A stretch of 60,259 nucleotides of DNA, from IMG/VR virus record IMGVR_UViG_3300010316_001058, positions 1 to 60,259 of that record; one strand, given 5' to 3'. The notes beneath the pieces are model-generated. The model did not search any database. It saw only the letters and a program-made list of their open reading frames with translations, and was not told the DNA's origin. Position 1 is the first letter of the stretch. Every line of letters starts with the position of its first letter. Of the stretch, positions 1 through 9,423 are shown piece by piece. Origin of the DNA: a virus. Its lineage: Duplodnaviria > Caudoviricetes. A program made the translations under genes and the position numbers.

Positions 1-135
1 TGGAGTGACACCATCTGATATTCTAATCTCGCCTGTAGTACTCTCGTAGAACAATCTACCAGTGTGTCCTACATAGTTTTCTGGTGTTGACGCAGCACCA
101 TTTCTGCTTAAAAAGAAATCATAAATTGCCATTGC

Positions 136-444
136 TTATCCTTCGAATGGGCCGTCGTCGTCTGCCAACTCTTTTGTGCTGCTGATGTTTAATCCTGCGT
201 TTCTTTTAATGTGATTGAGCTCATCGTCACCTTCTTCGCCTTCTTCTTCATAAGCGTTTGGCATACCTTCTGACTTCTTTAGAAGTTCCATCTTTGCTTG
301 AAGCGGCGGTATATACTGAGCATCATCAGTGTCTTCTGGGTCAACTACGTCTTGATCCATATCCTGCGTTGCTTTGCTAATTATAGGATCTTCTACGCCG
401 TCAACTTGATCAGCTAGTAATCTTAATAAATCTGATATTTTCAT
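136..444 (-). CDS. hypothetical acidic late protein (possible internal head protein)
   Basis: 102-aa ORF, AAAAGGA SD and TATAAATA late box upstream; ELNHIKRNAGL resembles the C-terminal ELNDISRLAGL of 56897-59008. Confidence 0.6.
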   Translation of the reverse strand: MKISDLLRLLADQVDGVEDPIISKATQDMDQDVVDPEDTDDAQYIPPLQAKMELLKKSEGMPNAYEEEGEEGDDELNHIKRNAGLNISSTKELADDDGPFEG

Positions 445-471
445 TGGTCGTCCTTTTGTATATTTATAACT

Positions 472-690
472 TTATGTCCACGGACGTCCGGTTACTAATC
501 CGCCAGCATTTGCGTTGTCTACAATGTCAGCAGCACTATTTGATCCAACTCCGTAAAGTGTAGGTAATTGAGTAGCATCAAGTGTCGCTCGTGGGTTGCC
601 GTCAGCAGCTCTTTTGATTGCAGCGGCTGCTAGTTTAGCATCTTGACGCTGTCTCTTAAATTCTAGTGTTGATATTCCATTTGCCGCCAT
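472..690 (-). CDS. hypothetical late protein
   Basis: 72-aa ORF with GGAG SD and ATAAATA box upstream on minus strand. Confidence 0.6.
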   Translation of the reverse strand: MAANGISTLEFKRQRQDAKLAAAAIKRAADGNPRATLDATQLPTLYGVGSNSAADIVDNANAGGLVTGRPWT

Positions 691-729
691 AATAGTTCTC
701 CATACAGATATTTATCGTTAAATAGCTTT

Positions 730-1938
730 GTGATAGATTTAACTCCATTTCAAAAAACAATCGATGAATTAAAGACACAAGGCAACTATCGTGTGTTTAA
801 TGATATAATACGTGAGCGAGGGAAGTTCCCTCGCGCTATCTGGTATGGCCCATATGCTATTAAAGAGATAGTAAACTGGTGCTCAAACGATTACCTTGGG
901 ATGGGGCAAAATAAAACAGTCATTGATGCTATGTCAACTGCTCTTATCCAAACAGGCGCAGGCAGTGGCGGCACACGAAACATCAGTGGCACGACACACT
1001 ATCACGTAGCATTAGAAAATGAGTTAGCAAGACTGCATAACAAGAGTTCTGCTTTATTATATTCTAGTGCGTATGTTGCCAATGAGTGGACAATAATCGC
1101 CCTAAGCAAAATCATTACCGACATTGTGTTTCTTAGTGATAGTAAGAACCATGCCTCATTAATTCAAGGCATAAAACACAGTGGTGCTCGCAAACTTGTT
1201 TGGACGCACAATGATATGGACGATTTAGAAGAGAAGTTGAGCCAAGTTTCCGCACAGAACTCTACCCCTTGCGTAGTCTTCGAATCCGTATATAGTATGG
1301 ATGGTGATGTCGCGCCTATTTCTCAAATCTGCGAACTTGCCGAAAAGTATAACGCTATCACCTACATTGACGAGGTTCACGCTGTTGGACTGTACGGGAG
1401 GACGGGCGCAGGGTACCTTGAGTTACTAAATCTACAGGACAGAGTAGACATTGTTAATGGAACCCTAGGCAAGGCATTTGGTGTATCTGGGGGCTACGTT
1501 GCTGCAAACAGTGTTGTATTAGACGCTGTCAGGAGCGTAGCCTCTGGGTTCATCTTTACTACCAGCATCTCACCTGTGACTTGTGCAGGTGCTCTTGCTA
1601 GTGTAAAGTATCTTAAAGACCACAACGAACTTAGGATAGCACATCAAGAACGTGCAACCACACTCAAACGTATGCTAGTAGAAGCAGGTATAGAAGTGTA
1701 CAAAGATAGCTGTACACATATTGTACCTGTAATGGTACGGGATCCTATACGCTGCAAGACTATGAGTGATGTATTACTAAATGAATACGGAATATATGTG
1801 CAAAGCATAAACTTTCCTACAGTAGCAGAAGGAGAAGAGCGATTAAGATTCGCACCTACTCCGTTACACACAGATGCTATGATGAGCGATTTAGTTGAAG
1901 CACTTGTTAACGTCTTTAAGGATGTCAAAGGCTATTAA
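730..1938 (+). CDS. hemA: 5-aminolevulinate synthase (auxiliary metabolic gene)
   Basis: [44 protein letters not shown] (PLP lysine), [10 protein letters not shown] motifs. Confidence 0.95.
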   Translation: MIDLTPFQKTIDELKTQGNYRVFNDIIRERGKFPRAIWYGPYAIKEIVNWCSNDYLGMGQNKTVIDAMSTALIQTGAGSGGTRNISGTTHYHVALENELARLHNKSSALLYSSAYVANEWTIIALSKIITDIVFLSDSKNHASLIQGIKHSGARKLVWTHNDMDDLEEKLSQVSAQNSTPCVVFESVYSMDGDVAPISQICELAEKYNAITYIDEVHAVGLYGRTGAGYLELLNLQDRVDIVNGTLGKAFGVSGGYVAANSVVLDAVRSVASGFIFTTSISPVTCAGALASVKYLKDHNELRIAHQERATTLKRMLVEAGIEVYKDSCTHIVPVMVRDPIRCKTMSDVLLNEYGIYVQSINFPTVAEGEERLRFAPTPLHTDAMMSDLVEALVNVFKDVKGY

Positions 1939-1960
1939 CTATCCTACTGTGATAAATAAG

Positions 1961-1997
1961 AGTGTAGTCCACGGTATTGGCGTACCCGACTACTCTA
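1961..1997 (+). ncRNA. structured 5' leader of mini homing endonuclease (copy 1)
   Basis: GTAGTC-CAC-GGTA-TTGGCG-TACC-C-GACTAC nested hairpin just after TAAATA (1953); covaries with copy at 4645-4679. Confidence 0.5.
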
Positions 1998-2020
1998 ACA
2001 CTAGCGAGGAGTATCAGCAA

Positions 2021-2334
2021 ATGTATTTACAAAACAAATACACTCGTATCTATAATAACATCATAGAACAGGCTAAGACAAGAACAATTAATCGCAAACT
2101 GGCAGAGTGACTTCGGACGAAACTAAACGCAAAATAGCTAACTCTGCAAAAGAGCGATGGGATAACCAAGATACAGTTGCTGAAGAAGCGCGGCGAGATA
2201 AGATTAGAGCAGCGAGAGCTAAACAAGTGATAACTACAGTACAGGTTACCTGTCCGCATTGCGGGAAAACTGGAGGTAATAGGATTATGCCACGTTATCA
2301 TTTTGATAACTGTAAATTAAGGAAGTCTAAATGA
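2021..2334 (+). pseudogene. internally deleted/frameshifted HNH-NUMOD3 homing endonuclease
   Basis: N-terminus MYLQNKYTRIYNNIIEQA and C-terminus CPHCGKTGG..MPRYHFDNCK like the full-length endonucleases in this window; catalytic HNH core absent, split across two frames. Confidence 0.75.
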
Positions 2335-2459
2335 TAAATTATCCAACAGTAGCAGTAGGGCAGGAGAGATTGCGCTTTGTACCTACACCATTACACACAG
2401 ACGCAACGATTGACGACTGTGTGCGAGCAGTAAAGGAAACATTAAATGAATATTCGTAA
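2331..2459 (+). pseudogene. displaced duplicate of hemA 3' end (42 aa)
   Basis: Translates [42 protein letters not shown] vs Hem[34 protein letters not shown]. Confidence 0.85.
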
Positions 2460-2862
2460 GGCGCTTTGGTTTACCCTAGGCATGATACTATTAGCTGTTG
2501 CATTTATCGGAGTGTATTTGCCAGGGCTGCCCTGGAGTACGCCTGCTGTAGGCGCTGCATACTGCTTCTCTAAGTCAAGTCAGCGTATGCACGATTGGTT
2601 GTACAATCACAAGCTGTTTGGCCCGTTCTTAACAGGCTGGAGTGAGAAGCGTATCTTCCCTACTAAGTTCAAATACTTTATGGTTGTAACAATGTGTTCT
2701 AGTCTATTGCTGATGTGGTTCACTACAGGTAACCCTAAGGCTATGTTATGGACAGGTGGCTTTATGTTCTTGGTCTGCCTCTGGGGATTTCGTTACCCGG
2801 GTAGTGAAGATGAGTACCAGCGACGCAAGGCCGCTGGTAAAAGGATTGCTTGGTTAAAGTAA
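2446..2862 (+). CDS. DUF454/YbaN-family membrane protein
   Basis: GVYLPGLPWSTP..AAYCFSKSSQRMHDWL.HKLFGPFL signature, hydrophobic segments. Confidence 0.85.
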   Translation: MNIRKALWFTLGMILLAVAFIGVYLPGLPWSTPAVGAAYCFSKSSQRMHDWLYNHKLFGPFLTGWSEKRIFPTKFKYFMVVTMCSSLLLMWFTTGNPKAMLWTGGFMFLVCLWGFRYPGSEDEYQRRKAAGKRIAWLK

Positions 2863-2863
2863 G

Positions 2864-3388
2864 TTAGACCGGTTCAAGATCTAACCACTGGTTCCAGCTA
2901 GGGTGCTTAACTGTCAACGGAAGCTGCTTACGCTTGCGCACTAGTTCCCAGTATCCTGGGCGGTATGGTGGGTACATAGGCTTCATTAACAGTTTGTTGC
3001 CTTTTCGAGTGTTACAAGGTCCACACGCAGTAACGATGTTTTCGAAGTTGGTCTTGCCACCTTTGCTTACAGGTTGGACATGGTCCATTGTAGCAGCACT
3101 TCTAGTTACTGGTGTGTTACAGTACTGACACTTATACATATCGCGTAGGTAAACGTTGCTCTTAGAGAAGCGTACCATCGACTTGCTGCGAACGTAATCC
3201 TTGAGCATAATTACTGCCGGGACTTTGGTTTCCCAGTTGGCCGATCTGACCATCCAGTCATCATACCATTCAAGAACTGTACACTTGTCGTTGTACATAT
3301 ATAGTATCGCTTCCTTCCACTGAATTGCACTCAATGGTAAGAAAGATACTGGCTGCGCGTCTGTGTTTAATAATAATGTATCACTCAT
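2864..3388 (-). CDS. HNH endonuclease (McrA-like)
   Basis: LLLN..QP, RD.YKCQYC, TMDHVQPVSKGG, NIVTACGPCNTRKG. Confidence 0.9.
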   Translation of the reverse strand: MSDTLLLNTDAQPVSFLPLSAIQWKEAILYMYNDKCTVLEWYDDWMVRSANWETKVPAVIMLKDYVRSKSMVRFSKSNVYLRDMYKCQYCNTPVTRSAATMDHVQPVSKGGKTNFENIVTACGPCNTRKGNKLLMKPMYPPYRPGYWELVRKRKQLPLTVKHPSWNQWLDLEPV

Positions 3389-3417
3389 TTTCTTTTCTTT
3401 CTGTCTTCTAAGACATT

Positions 3418-3783
3418 CTAATCTCCTGTTTGTGGACTAAATTTTGACATAGTTGACTGAATACAAGTACGTCCATTCCTATCTGTGAACGTCATAGTAG
3501 CGATTCCAGTGTCTTGGTTAGTCCAACCCATGTACACTCCCGGAATTACGATTACTTCTTCTTCTCCGTTTTCATTCTTTGTTACGTCAACAATGCGACC
3601 ACTTGCTGAAAACAATATTCTTTGCTCTAATCCTTCTGCTGTTAGTAAGTCTGATATTCTTTCGTAGTCGCTGCATGATACCGCTTGAGTCCTTATTTCA
3701 AACCCGGGCGGCAGTGTCGAATCTTGTGCTAACACAGGGCCAGCAAGTAACATTGTTGCGGCTACTCCTAATACGTACTTCAT
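3418..3783 (-). CDS. hypothetical secreted protein
   Basis: Signal-peptide-like N-terminus, AGGAG SD. Confidence 0.6.
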   Translation of the reverse strand: MKYVLGVAATMLLAGPVLAQDSTLPPGFEIRTQAVSCSDYERISDLLTAEGLEQRILFSASGRIVDVTKNENGEEEVIVIPGVYMGWTNQDTGIATMTFTDRNGRTCIQSTMSKFSPQTGD

Positions 3784-3792
3784 TGTTATCTC

Positions 3793-4332
3793 CTAGATAT
3801 ACTGGTCGATCATACTAGCAGCGCATAAGTCTATAGCCTTTTCCCAATGTCTGGAACTGTTACAATATACTATATCTTCATTTGCTTCACAAGTCAACCA
3901 ACTTTTTTCTTTAATGATTTCTTTCTCTAATTGGCTAGGGTTCCACCCTGCCATCCCGCTTATGAATTTATAGTTAACAGGCACATCACCCATCTGCATT
4001 TTCTCTATCATAAGTTCGTCACTTGACACTGCCGCATAGTTTGCAAAAGCAAGTGTATTAGAACTAGCAAACTCTGTTGTATGAAGCATGAAGAGAGCCT
4101 GTTCTTGTATTGGACCTCCTACATATAGTTCATCACCAAGCGGCCACGACACTCCGTGTTTCTCTAATACTGATGGCATATCAAGTCCACTTGACCGATT
4201 TAAACAAAGGCCGACATAGCCGCCGATGTTGGCTTCAGTAATTAGTACAACACTCTTGCGAAAGAAATGATCTGTAAGATCGGGATGTGCTACTAATAGT
4301 GTTCCTGGTTTTATAAATGGTTTATTCTGCAT
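3793..4332 (-). CDS. YqgE/AlgH (DUF179) family protein
   Basis: LLVAHP.L.D.FF.KSVVL, GLCLNR, YVGGP, GMAGW..SQLEKE. Confidence 0.9.
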   Translation of the reverse strand: MQNKPFIKPGTLLVAHPDLTDHFFRKSVVLITEANIGGYVGLCLNRSSGLDMPSVLEKHGVSWPLGDELYVGGPIQEQALFMLHTTEFASSNTLAFANYAAVSSDELMIEKMQMGDVPVNYKFISGMAGWNPSQLEKEIIKEKSWLTCEANEDIVYCNSSRHWEKAIDLCAASMIDQYI

Positions 4333-4420
4333 ACTGATATTTACCTTAATGCTGATAGCAAATGTAAAAATATCAATGTGTTTAATCGTAGTTTGGGAAA
4401 GTTTATAGTTCTAACTATGT

Positions 4421-4621
4421 TTACCTATTTATATACTTACAATTATCAAAGTGCCAACGTTTCATACTAGGTTCACCGCCTGTTTTACTTCTTGACTTAT
4501 AAAATGATTGCGGTATAATGTGATGGCATTCTGTGTAAACGTCGTCAGGTAATGATCTGAAGCGGGCCTGTTCTATAATCTCATAATAGATGCGGGTATA
4601 CTTATTGTCTATAAATAGCAT
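4421..4621 (-). pseudogene. internally deleted HNH homing endonuclease (66 aa)
   Basis: NKYTRIYYEII..ECHHIIPQS start joined at KTGG to ..MKRWHFDNCK end. Confidence 0.75.
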
Positions 4622-4644
4622 TGCTGTTGTTCCTTATTAACAAT

Positions 4645-4679
4645 AGAGCAGTTGGAGCGGCTACTCGCGAACTGCGCTT
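4645..4679 (-). ncRNA. structured 5' leader of mini homing endonuclease (copy 2)
   Basis: Minus strand GCAGTT-CGC-GAG-TAGCCG-CTC-C-AACTGC downstream of GATAAATA. Confidence 0.5.
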
Positions 4680-4710
4680 TACAATAATATTTATCGTTTA
4701 ATTTAAAAAC

Positions 4711-4962
4711 TCACGAATAGTCTGGAAGTGGTCCACCGTGGGATTTACCTTTAATCTTCTTGCCTCCCACGGTGATTCTTTTCTTTCCGACTTTATGAGA
4801 CTTTTTGCCTGAACGTCTGCGATAGCCTTGACTCTTGCAGCTTGAGAGCGCACTGGCTCCAATTGCTGAATCAGGCTTTGAACTCTTACAAAGGCTGGCG
4901 CTTGCTTGCCAATCTACTAGCTCTTCGTCGTCACGGGATTCTGTTATCTCATTTATTTTCAT
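4711..4962 (-). CDS. basic late protein, possible internal head protein
   Basis: TAAATA-N5-ATG; MKINEITE start; Lys/Arg-rich. Confidence 0.65.
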   Translation of the reverse strand: MKINEITESRDDEELVDWQASASLCKSSKPDSAIGASALSSCKSQGYRRRSGKKSHKVGKKRITVGGKKIKGKSHGGPLPDYS

Positions 4963-4978
4963 ACTAATATTTATCCAC

Positions 4979-5188
4979 TCACCTATATTTGTCAGCTGAA
5001 TTGTCGAACTCTTCTTCTACTAGGGCAAAGGTAAATGCTTTCCTAGGACCCTTGGTCGTGTTAAGGCAGACTTCACCTGATTTCTCGTGATATTCAATCT
5101 TTGTAATTTCAGCCGGCTCTCTATTTTTGCCCACAAGGATTGTTTGCCCTAACTCTAAGTCAAAGCTTATCTTTTTTAGTGTACTCAT
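4979..5188 (-). CDS. hypothetical protein
   Basis: 69-aa ORF, GGGAG SD, TAAATA upstream. Confidence 0.65.
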   Translation of the reverse strand: MSTLKKISFDLELGQTILVGKNREPAEITKIEYHEKSGEVCLNTTKGPRKAFTFALVEEEFDNSADKYR

Positions 5189-5278
5189 TGGAAGTCTCCC
5201 GTTAACACATTACTGTGTATCAGTATTTATTTGAAATAACCTAAGCAAAGCTAATTAATTATATAATAGGAGACATAC

Positions 5279-5566
5279 ATGGATATCGCAGACATCGAAG
5301 CAGGACAATCATATGCCTGTAAATTTAAGATAAGAACATTTGTAGACAAAGAAGGTATAGCAGTTGACACCAGAACACTTGCTCCGGGAGAAGCTGTTGT
5401 AGGTGGCACTCCGGGCGAGTACGAAGGGTTTGGATACATTGTCAAGCGTGACGCAGACAAACGCCTTGTTGAAGTAATGGACCCTAAGCTAGAACGTGAG
5501 TGGGTAGTGAACTGGAACGATACCTGGGATGTTGACGTAATCGAATGGGTTGATAAAAACGATTGA
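5279..5566 (+). CDS. hypothetical protein
   Basis: 95-aa ORF, AGGAG SD. Confidence 0.7.
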   Translation: MDIADIEAGQSYACKFKIRTFVDKEGIAVDTRTLAPGEAVVGGTPGEYEGFGYIVKRDADKRLVEVMDPKLEREWVVNWNDTWDVDVIEWVDKND

Positions 5567-5627
5567 CGACACCATAACTCTCTGTTATAATGACTGTAAT
5601 GTCAATCTTGCATCGAAGGAGTAAACC

Positions 5628-5801
5628 ATGCGAGTAAAAGAAACAGAGATGCCAAAGGTTGTAGATGTAGTTTACAAAGATAACTTTTACGCAAACGTTG
5701 GCATGGGCATGGCTTGGACAACATGTGTTAATCAAGCAGCTACTGAACTAGGGTATACTGGCGAACAATTTGATCGAAAGAGTTTGTTCAATAATGCGTA
5801 A
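5628..5801 (+). CDS. hypothetical protein (57 aa, not in ORF track)
   Basis: AAGGAG SD; TTGACG..TATAAT promoter at 5563-5591. Confidence 0.55.
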   Translation: MRVKETEMPKVVDVVYKDNFYANVGMGMAWTTCVNQAATELGYTGEQFDRKSLFNNA

Positions 5802-6072
5802 GATACACGAAATCGATTGTGTTGAAGTTGGAATACATCCTTATGGCCAGGTTGGATCGCGGCGCAGACATCGCCCAAGCTACAAGTTTAAGGCCGAGTT
5901 TATTGAAGCTGCACTAAGCAATGGACAATTGATGTTCTTAGAAGACAAACATTGGCGTATGCGTCCGCATCCGCGACACAACCCTACAATAGAGTTGTTT
6001 ATCGAAGAGGAAGAACTAACAGCTAGAGATTGGACAGTAATTGGATTACTCTTTCAACGAAATAAAGCCTAA
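5794..6072 (+). CDS. hypothetical protein
   Basis: ATG overlapping previous stop; ORF track 5770-6072. Confidence 0.55.
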   Translation: MRKIHEIDCVEVGIHPYGQVGSRRRHRPSYKFKAEFIEAALSNGQLMFLEDKHWRMRPHPRHNPTIELFIEEEELTARDWTVIGLLFQRNKA

Positions 6073-6307
6073 GCTAGAGATACAAGTTGACTACCACATA
6101 AACAAGTGGACGTCAACTGCTGACCGCAGGGCGCATCATACTAGCTTTTTTGGTAAGCTAAGTCCTGCCCAGCAACAGTTCATATCAACTAAATGCTATA
6201 GCTGGCATTTATTAAAAAATACACTAACGCTTACACTGCTACACGAGAAGCACGTCAGCTTTGCTCAGGTGCTTTTTTCTGATGTAAAACTCAAAATAGA
6301 CCATTAA
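6041..6307 (+). CDS. hypothetical protein
   Basis: 88-aa ORF in operon-like run; start uncertain. Confidence 0.5.
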   Translation: MDYSFNEIKPKLEIQVDYHINKWTSTADRRAHHTSFFGKLSPAQQQFISTKCYSWHLLKNTLTLTLLHEKHVSFAQVLFSDVKLKIDH

Positions 6308-6318
6308 AGGACAACACA

Positions 6319-6636
6319 ATGAAAACCCTACTAGCCGCAGCACTAGTTGCATTAACAGCAACATCAACATCAGCATTGGCCCACGGAGACGGAACACTGT
6401 ATCAAGGACACGGACACGGACACGATCACACACTCGGGCATCATCATGATGGACATACGCATCATCAGCCTGTGCCTGTATATCGCGCACCACCTCCTGT
6501 TGTTGTTTGTAACTACTATACTGAGAGCCATCGCCGAGGCCCAGAGATTTGGTACTACACCCGCGACTGCTACGGCAACGTAGTCAACACTTGGGCTGAG
6601 TACGCACCTGTATACTATTACCAGCACAGATATTAA
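6319..6636 (+). CDS. secreted His-rich protein
   Basis: Signal peptide, GHGHGHDH..HHHDGHTHH tract; C-terminal DCYGN shared with NCYGE of 21084-21434. Confidence 0.7.
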   Translation: MKTLLAAALVALTATSTSALAHGDGTLYQGHGHGHDHTLGHHHDGHTHHQPVPVYRAPPPVVVCNYYTESHRRGPEIWYYTRDCYGNVVNTWAEYAPVYYYQHRY

Positions 6637-6705
6637 GGTTGACATCTCAGCAAAATGTCATATACTGTACATATGTATCAACCCTTGGAATATTAGGAAC
6701 AAACC

Positions 6706-7026
6706 ATGCCTGCATACAAATACAAGAACAGCTTGCTTTGGAATGAAAGCACAGACATCGTAGACAAAGAGATTGAAGAACTGGCTGCTTGGCTACACTC
6801 CAGCGAGATTGATGTAGACTTTACCATCGACCATCACGTACACGTAGATGAAGAAGGCAATCGCATCTTGTTCCTGCCCTGGGGTATCAATGACAGACAA
6901 TTGTTTACTATGACCCTGATCCTTAGTAGCAGTGAACTCAGCTTTGAAGACAAGCCTGTGCATTTTGATAAACCACCTGTGGAGTATGTTGATGACAACT
7001 GGAAGCCCAAACCCCAGCGGGGATAA
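6706..7026 (+). CDS. hypothetical protein
   Basis: TTGACA/TATACT promoter at 6639, AGGA SD. Confidence 0.7.
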   Translation: MPAYKYKNSLLWNESTDIVDKEIEELAAWLHSSEIDVDFTIDHHVHVDEEGNRILFLPWGINDRQLFTMTLILSSSELSFEDKPVHFDKPPVEYVDDNWKPKPQRG

Positions 7027-7030
7027 AACA

Positions 7031-7273
7031 ATGAAACTGTATCGCATCACCACTAGCAAACCCTTAACTAAAACTCAGCTGTCTCTAGTAGCCGGTGTTA
7101 AGAGCAACAGCACAGTGACCCAAGAACACTTGTACAGTGATGATCCTTTTGACCATCACTGGCTATGGGCTATAAGCGGCGCACAAACTGTTACAGCCAA
7201 CGATGTGCTGCTGGTAAGGTTTCACTTGGCTGACTGCTACACGCACATTCAAGGATTGTTCGCCAATGATTAA
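7031..7273 (+). CDS. hypothetical protein
   Basis: ATG MKLYRI after GGGGA SD inside ORF 6932-7273. Confidence 0.55.
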   Translation: MKLYRITTSKPLTKTQLSLVAGVKSNSTVTQEHLYSDDPFDHHWLWAISGAQTVTANDVLLVRFHLADCYTHIQGLFAND

Positions 7274-7454
7274 GATACCCCTCAGCGACGACAGTGTGTA
7301 TTGGGCTGCTGACTCACCAATTAAAAAGCTGCTCCAAGGCCACGACTATCACGTATCCCTTCCCAGGCGGAATGACGGATACACTCCTCCTATAATAAAC
7401 ATAAGTCCAACAGTGAGCGCAAACACTTTAACAATGATTAGGTTACTAGCATGA
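7266..7454 (+). CDS. small protein, paralog of 7451-7630
   Basis: Ends TLTMIRLLA. Confidence 0.6.
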   Translation: MIKIPLSDDSVYWAADSPIKKLLQGHDYHVSLPRRNDGYTPPIINISPTVSANTLTMIRLLA

Positions 7455-7630
7455 TTGGTATTGACATTACTGACATTGATGCGTATGACCTACACGAGCA
7501 ACAAATCAGTGAGTTGCTCAGCGACTACTTCTGGTATTTCTGGCGCAACGGATCGGCCGACTGCTACATGTTAAAAGTAAGCTCACTAGTGCCCAAGACT
7601 ACTTTAACAATGATTAGGTTACTGGTATGA
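7451..7630 (+). CDS. small protein (59 aa, not in ORF track), paralog of 7266-7454
   Basis: ATGA overlap; ends TLTMIRLLV with near-identical DNA ACTTTAACAATGATTAGGTTACT. Confidence 0.6.
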   Translation: MIGIDITDIDAYDLHEQQISELLSDYFWYFWRNGSADCYMLKVSSLVPKTTLTMIRLLV

Positions 7631-7887
7631 GATACGAATGGGCAATGCGGAGGTAACATACTACCCAGCAACGATGAGATCAAACGTATTGTAGGCAACA
7701 AAAACTTCGTAACTACTGCATTTGATTTGAATCGCATTGACGGCATTGCCACCACTGGCACACTGCCCATTCAAATAGTTTTTGTGGTAGAGACTGATGA
7801 GCCTCTAAACCCACACAAGAAACTGCTGTTAGATGTATTGTTGAGCAACATATAAACTAAGCACACACTACAGAACTTTACAAGTAA

Positions 7888-8052
7888 AGGCCCCGCTGTT
7901 GCTGATTGCATATACAACAAAAAAACATCTTATACATATATACAGATCGTACACGCATATAGGCCCCGCTGTTGAGGTCTATGCACTCAAGCAAAAAACA
8001 TCTTATACATATATACAGATCGTACACGCATATAGGCCCCGCTGTTGAGGTC
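7888..8052. repeat. 73-bp tandem repeat (about 2.2 copies)
   Basis: AGGCCCCGCTGTTG at 7888, 7961, 8034; AAAAAACATCTTATACATATATACAGATCGTACACGCATAT twice. Confidence 0.9.
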
Positions 8053-8082
8053 TAGCATTCACACCTGCGCGTAAATACTAGT

Positions 8083-8337
8083 ATGATTCACACCAGTCTT
8101 ATAAGAACCCTCAGCGAACCTCCTACACACGCGCAAGCACAGCTTGATCAACTGTTGCCCAACCACAACTACCATTGGACAGGCTATAGTGGGCATCGCT
8201 ATGGTTTAAAAATCGTTTGGGAACTTGAGAAGAGAGTCTTTTGCGTAGCAAAGCGACCCCTATGGATGATAGACGATAGAGTGTTACTGCTGGTAGACAC
8301 TGTTAGAGAGTCTTTTGCGAAGCAAAGCGACCCCTAA
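8083..8337 (+). CDS. hypothetical late protein
   Basis: TAAATA-N5-ATG; 3' half overlaps 30-bp repeats so may be degenerate. Confidence 0.4.
   Translation: MIHTSLIRTLSEPPTHAQAQLDQLLPNHNYHWTGYSGHRYGLKIVWELEKRVFCVAKRPLWMIDDRVLLLVDTVRESFAKQSDP
8231..8334. repeat. 30-bp repeat AGAGAGTCTTTTGCG(T/A)AGCAAAGCGACCCC x2 (third copy at 28080)
   Basis: Copies at 8231, 8305 and 28080; contains TTTGC-GNA-GCAAA hairpin. Confidence 0.9.
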
Positions 8338-8388
8338 GCAGCTACTACGTAAATGAAATATACTAGACTAGTATCGTATTCAAGACTT

Positions 8389-8514
8389 TAACTGTAGAGA
8401 AACTGAGCCTTAACTATAGAGAAACTGAGCCTTAACTATAGAGAAACTCGGAGTATTCAAAAAGACCTTAGAGCAGTCAAAAAGACCTTAGAGCAGTCAA
8501 AAAGACCTTAGAGT
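8389..8514. repeat. short tandem repeats (22-bp and 20-bp units)
   Basis: TAACTATAGAGAAACTGAGCCT x~2.7; CAAAAAGACCTTAGAGCAGT x~3. Confidence 0.9.
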
Positions 8515-8564
8515 ATTTGAACTATACCCCAGCCGACCTCAGCCAAAGGTTTAACAAAGTGCTA

Positions 8565-9423
8565 TAAGTCTTTGAATTCTGCGAGAAAAACCACCACGAC
8601 AGGCACCTGTCGCCAGGTCGTTAGGCGGTTGTAATGGTGGTTAACCTGAATAACCTAATCGAATCAATAGCTTAGTACTACTAGTTCATCCTCAAGTCTG
8701 GGCTTAATAGTGCTTAAAGATCAATGACTTAGCTCAACTAGTTCAACCAGAATTCACTATTTCAAACTCTTACTACGTGTGATCGACTTTTTCAATGTTT
8801 TCAATGGGTTAGCGGGTTTTCATCATGTATTACATCAAGATTTGAAATTTCTCAATGTTTTCAAAGTCTTACTACGTGTGATCGACTTTTTCAATGTTTT
8901 CAATGGGTTAGCTGTGGATGTAGATGTGATGGTCAAACTCTTACTACGTGTGATCGACTTTTTCTAAGTCGTTGTGTTCGTTGAGTATATTGGCACCGAG
9001 ATTGTTTAATGAAATCAATGAGTTATAGGCCTGGGAGATAGTTTAACATTAAACCATTTTCGCATATAAGGTTTATTATGTTATCTTTTCTCAAGGTAGT
9101 TTAACGTTAAACCATTTGGGGAGAAGGTAGTTTAACGTTAAACCATTTTAGGAGATAGTTTAACGTTAAACCATTTTCACATATAAGGTTTATTATGTTA
9201 TCTCGGCGGGATGACTTATAAGGTTTATTATGTTATCTAAAGAGATGGTTTAATCATTAAACCATAGAGTCAGGGCTCCGTGCCCTCCCGTCTGCTGCTT
9301 CTGGCTATCGCCTTGTCACCAACCTCACTTACAGTATAGCACCTCTAGCCGAGACTGCAACCAAATTGAATCCAATGATTTCAAGCAGTTAGGAAATAAA
9401 TTTATTTTTCTAAGTCATTGAAG
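8565..9423. promoter_or_regulatory. cluster of IHF-like boxes and iteron-like repeats (candidate origin/packaging region)
   Basis: AATCAATAGCTTA (8662), AATCAATGAGTTA (9013) match WATCAANNNNTTR, with about 6 near matches; CTTACTACGTGTGATCGACTTTTTC x3; GTTTAAC(G/A)TTAAAC-type palindrome x5; TATAAGGTTTATTATGTTATCT x3. Confidence 0.55.
9333..9360 (-). promoter_or_regulatory. divergent sigma70-like promoter pointing into the repeat block
   Basis: TTGCAG-N16-TATACT with extended -10 TG. Confidence 0.5.

Noticed and set aside
1939-2334. Group I intron in hemA
   Set aside because: hemA is already complete with its own stop; the insert is too small and shows no recognisable P7/catalytic core
5140-5150. 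Another TTGTTTGCCCT match to the early leader
   Set aside because: Lies antisense within a coding sequence (LGQTI), no hairpin context; likely chance
8779-8967. 62-aa ORF with internal repeats
   Set aside because: Translation of non-coding DNA repeats; no SD
9030-9270. CRISPR-like array of palindromic repeats
   Set aside because: Spacers are very short, irregular and themselves repeated; no cas genes in the window
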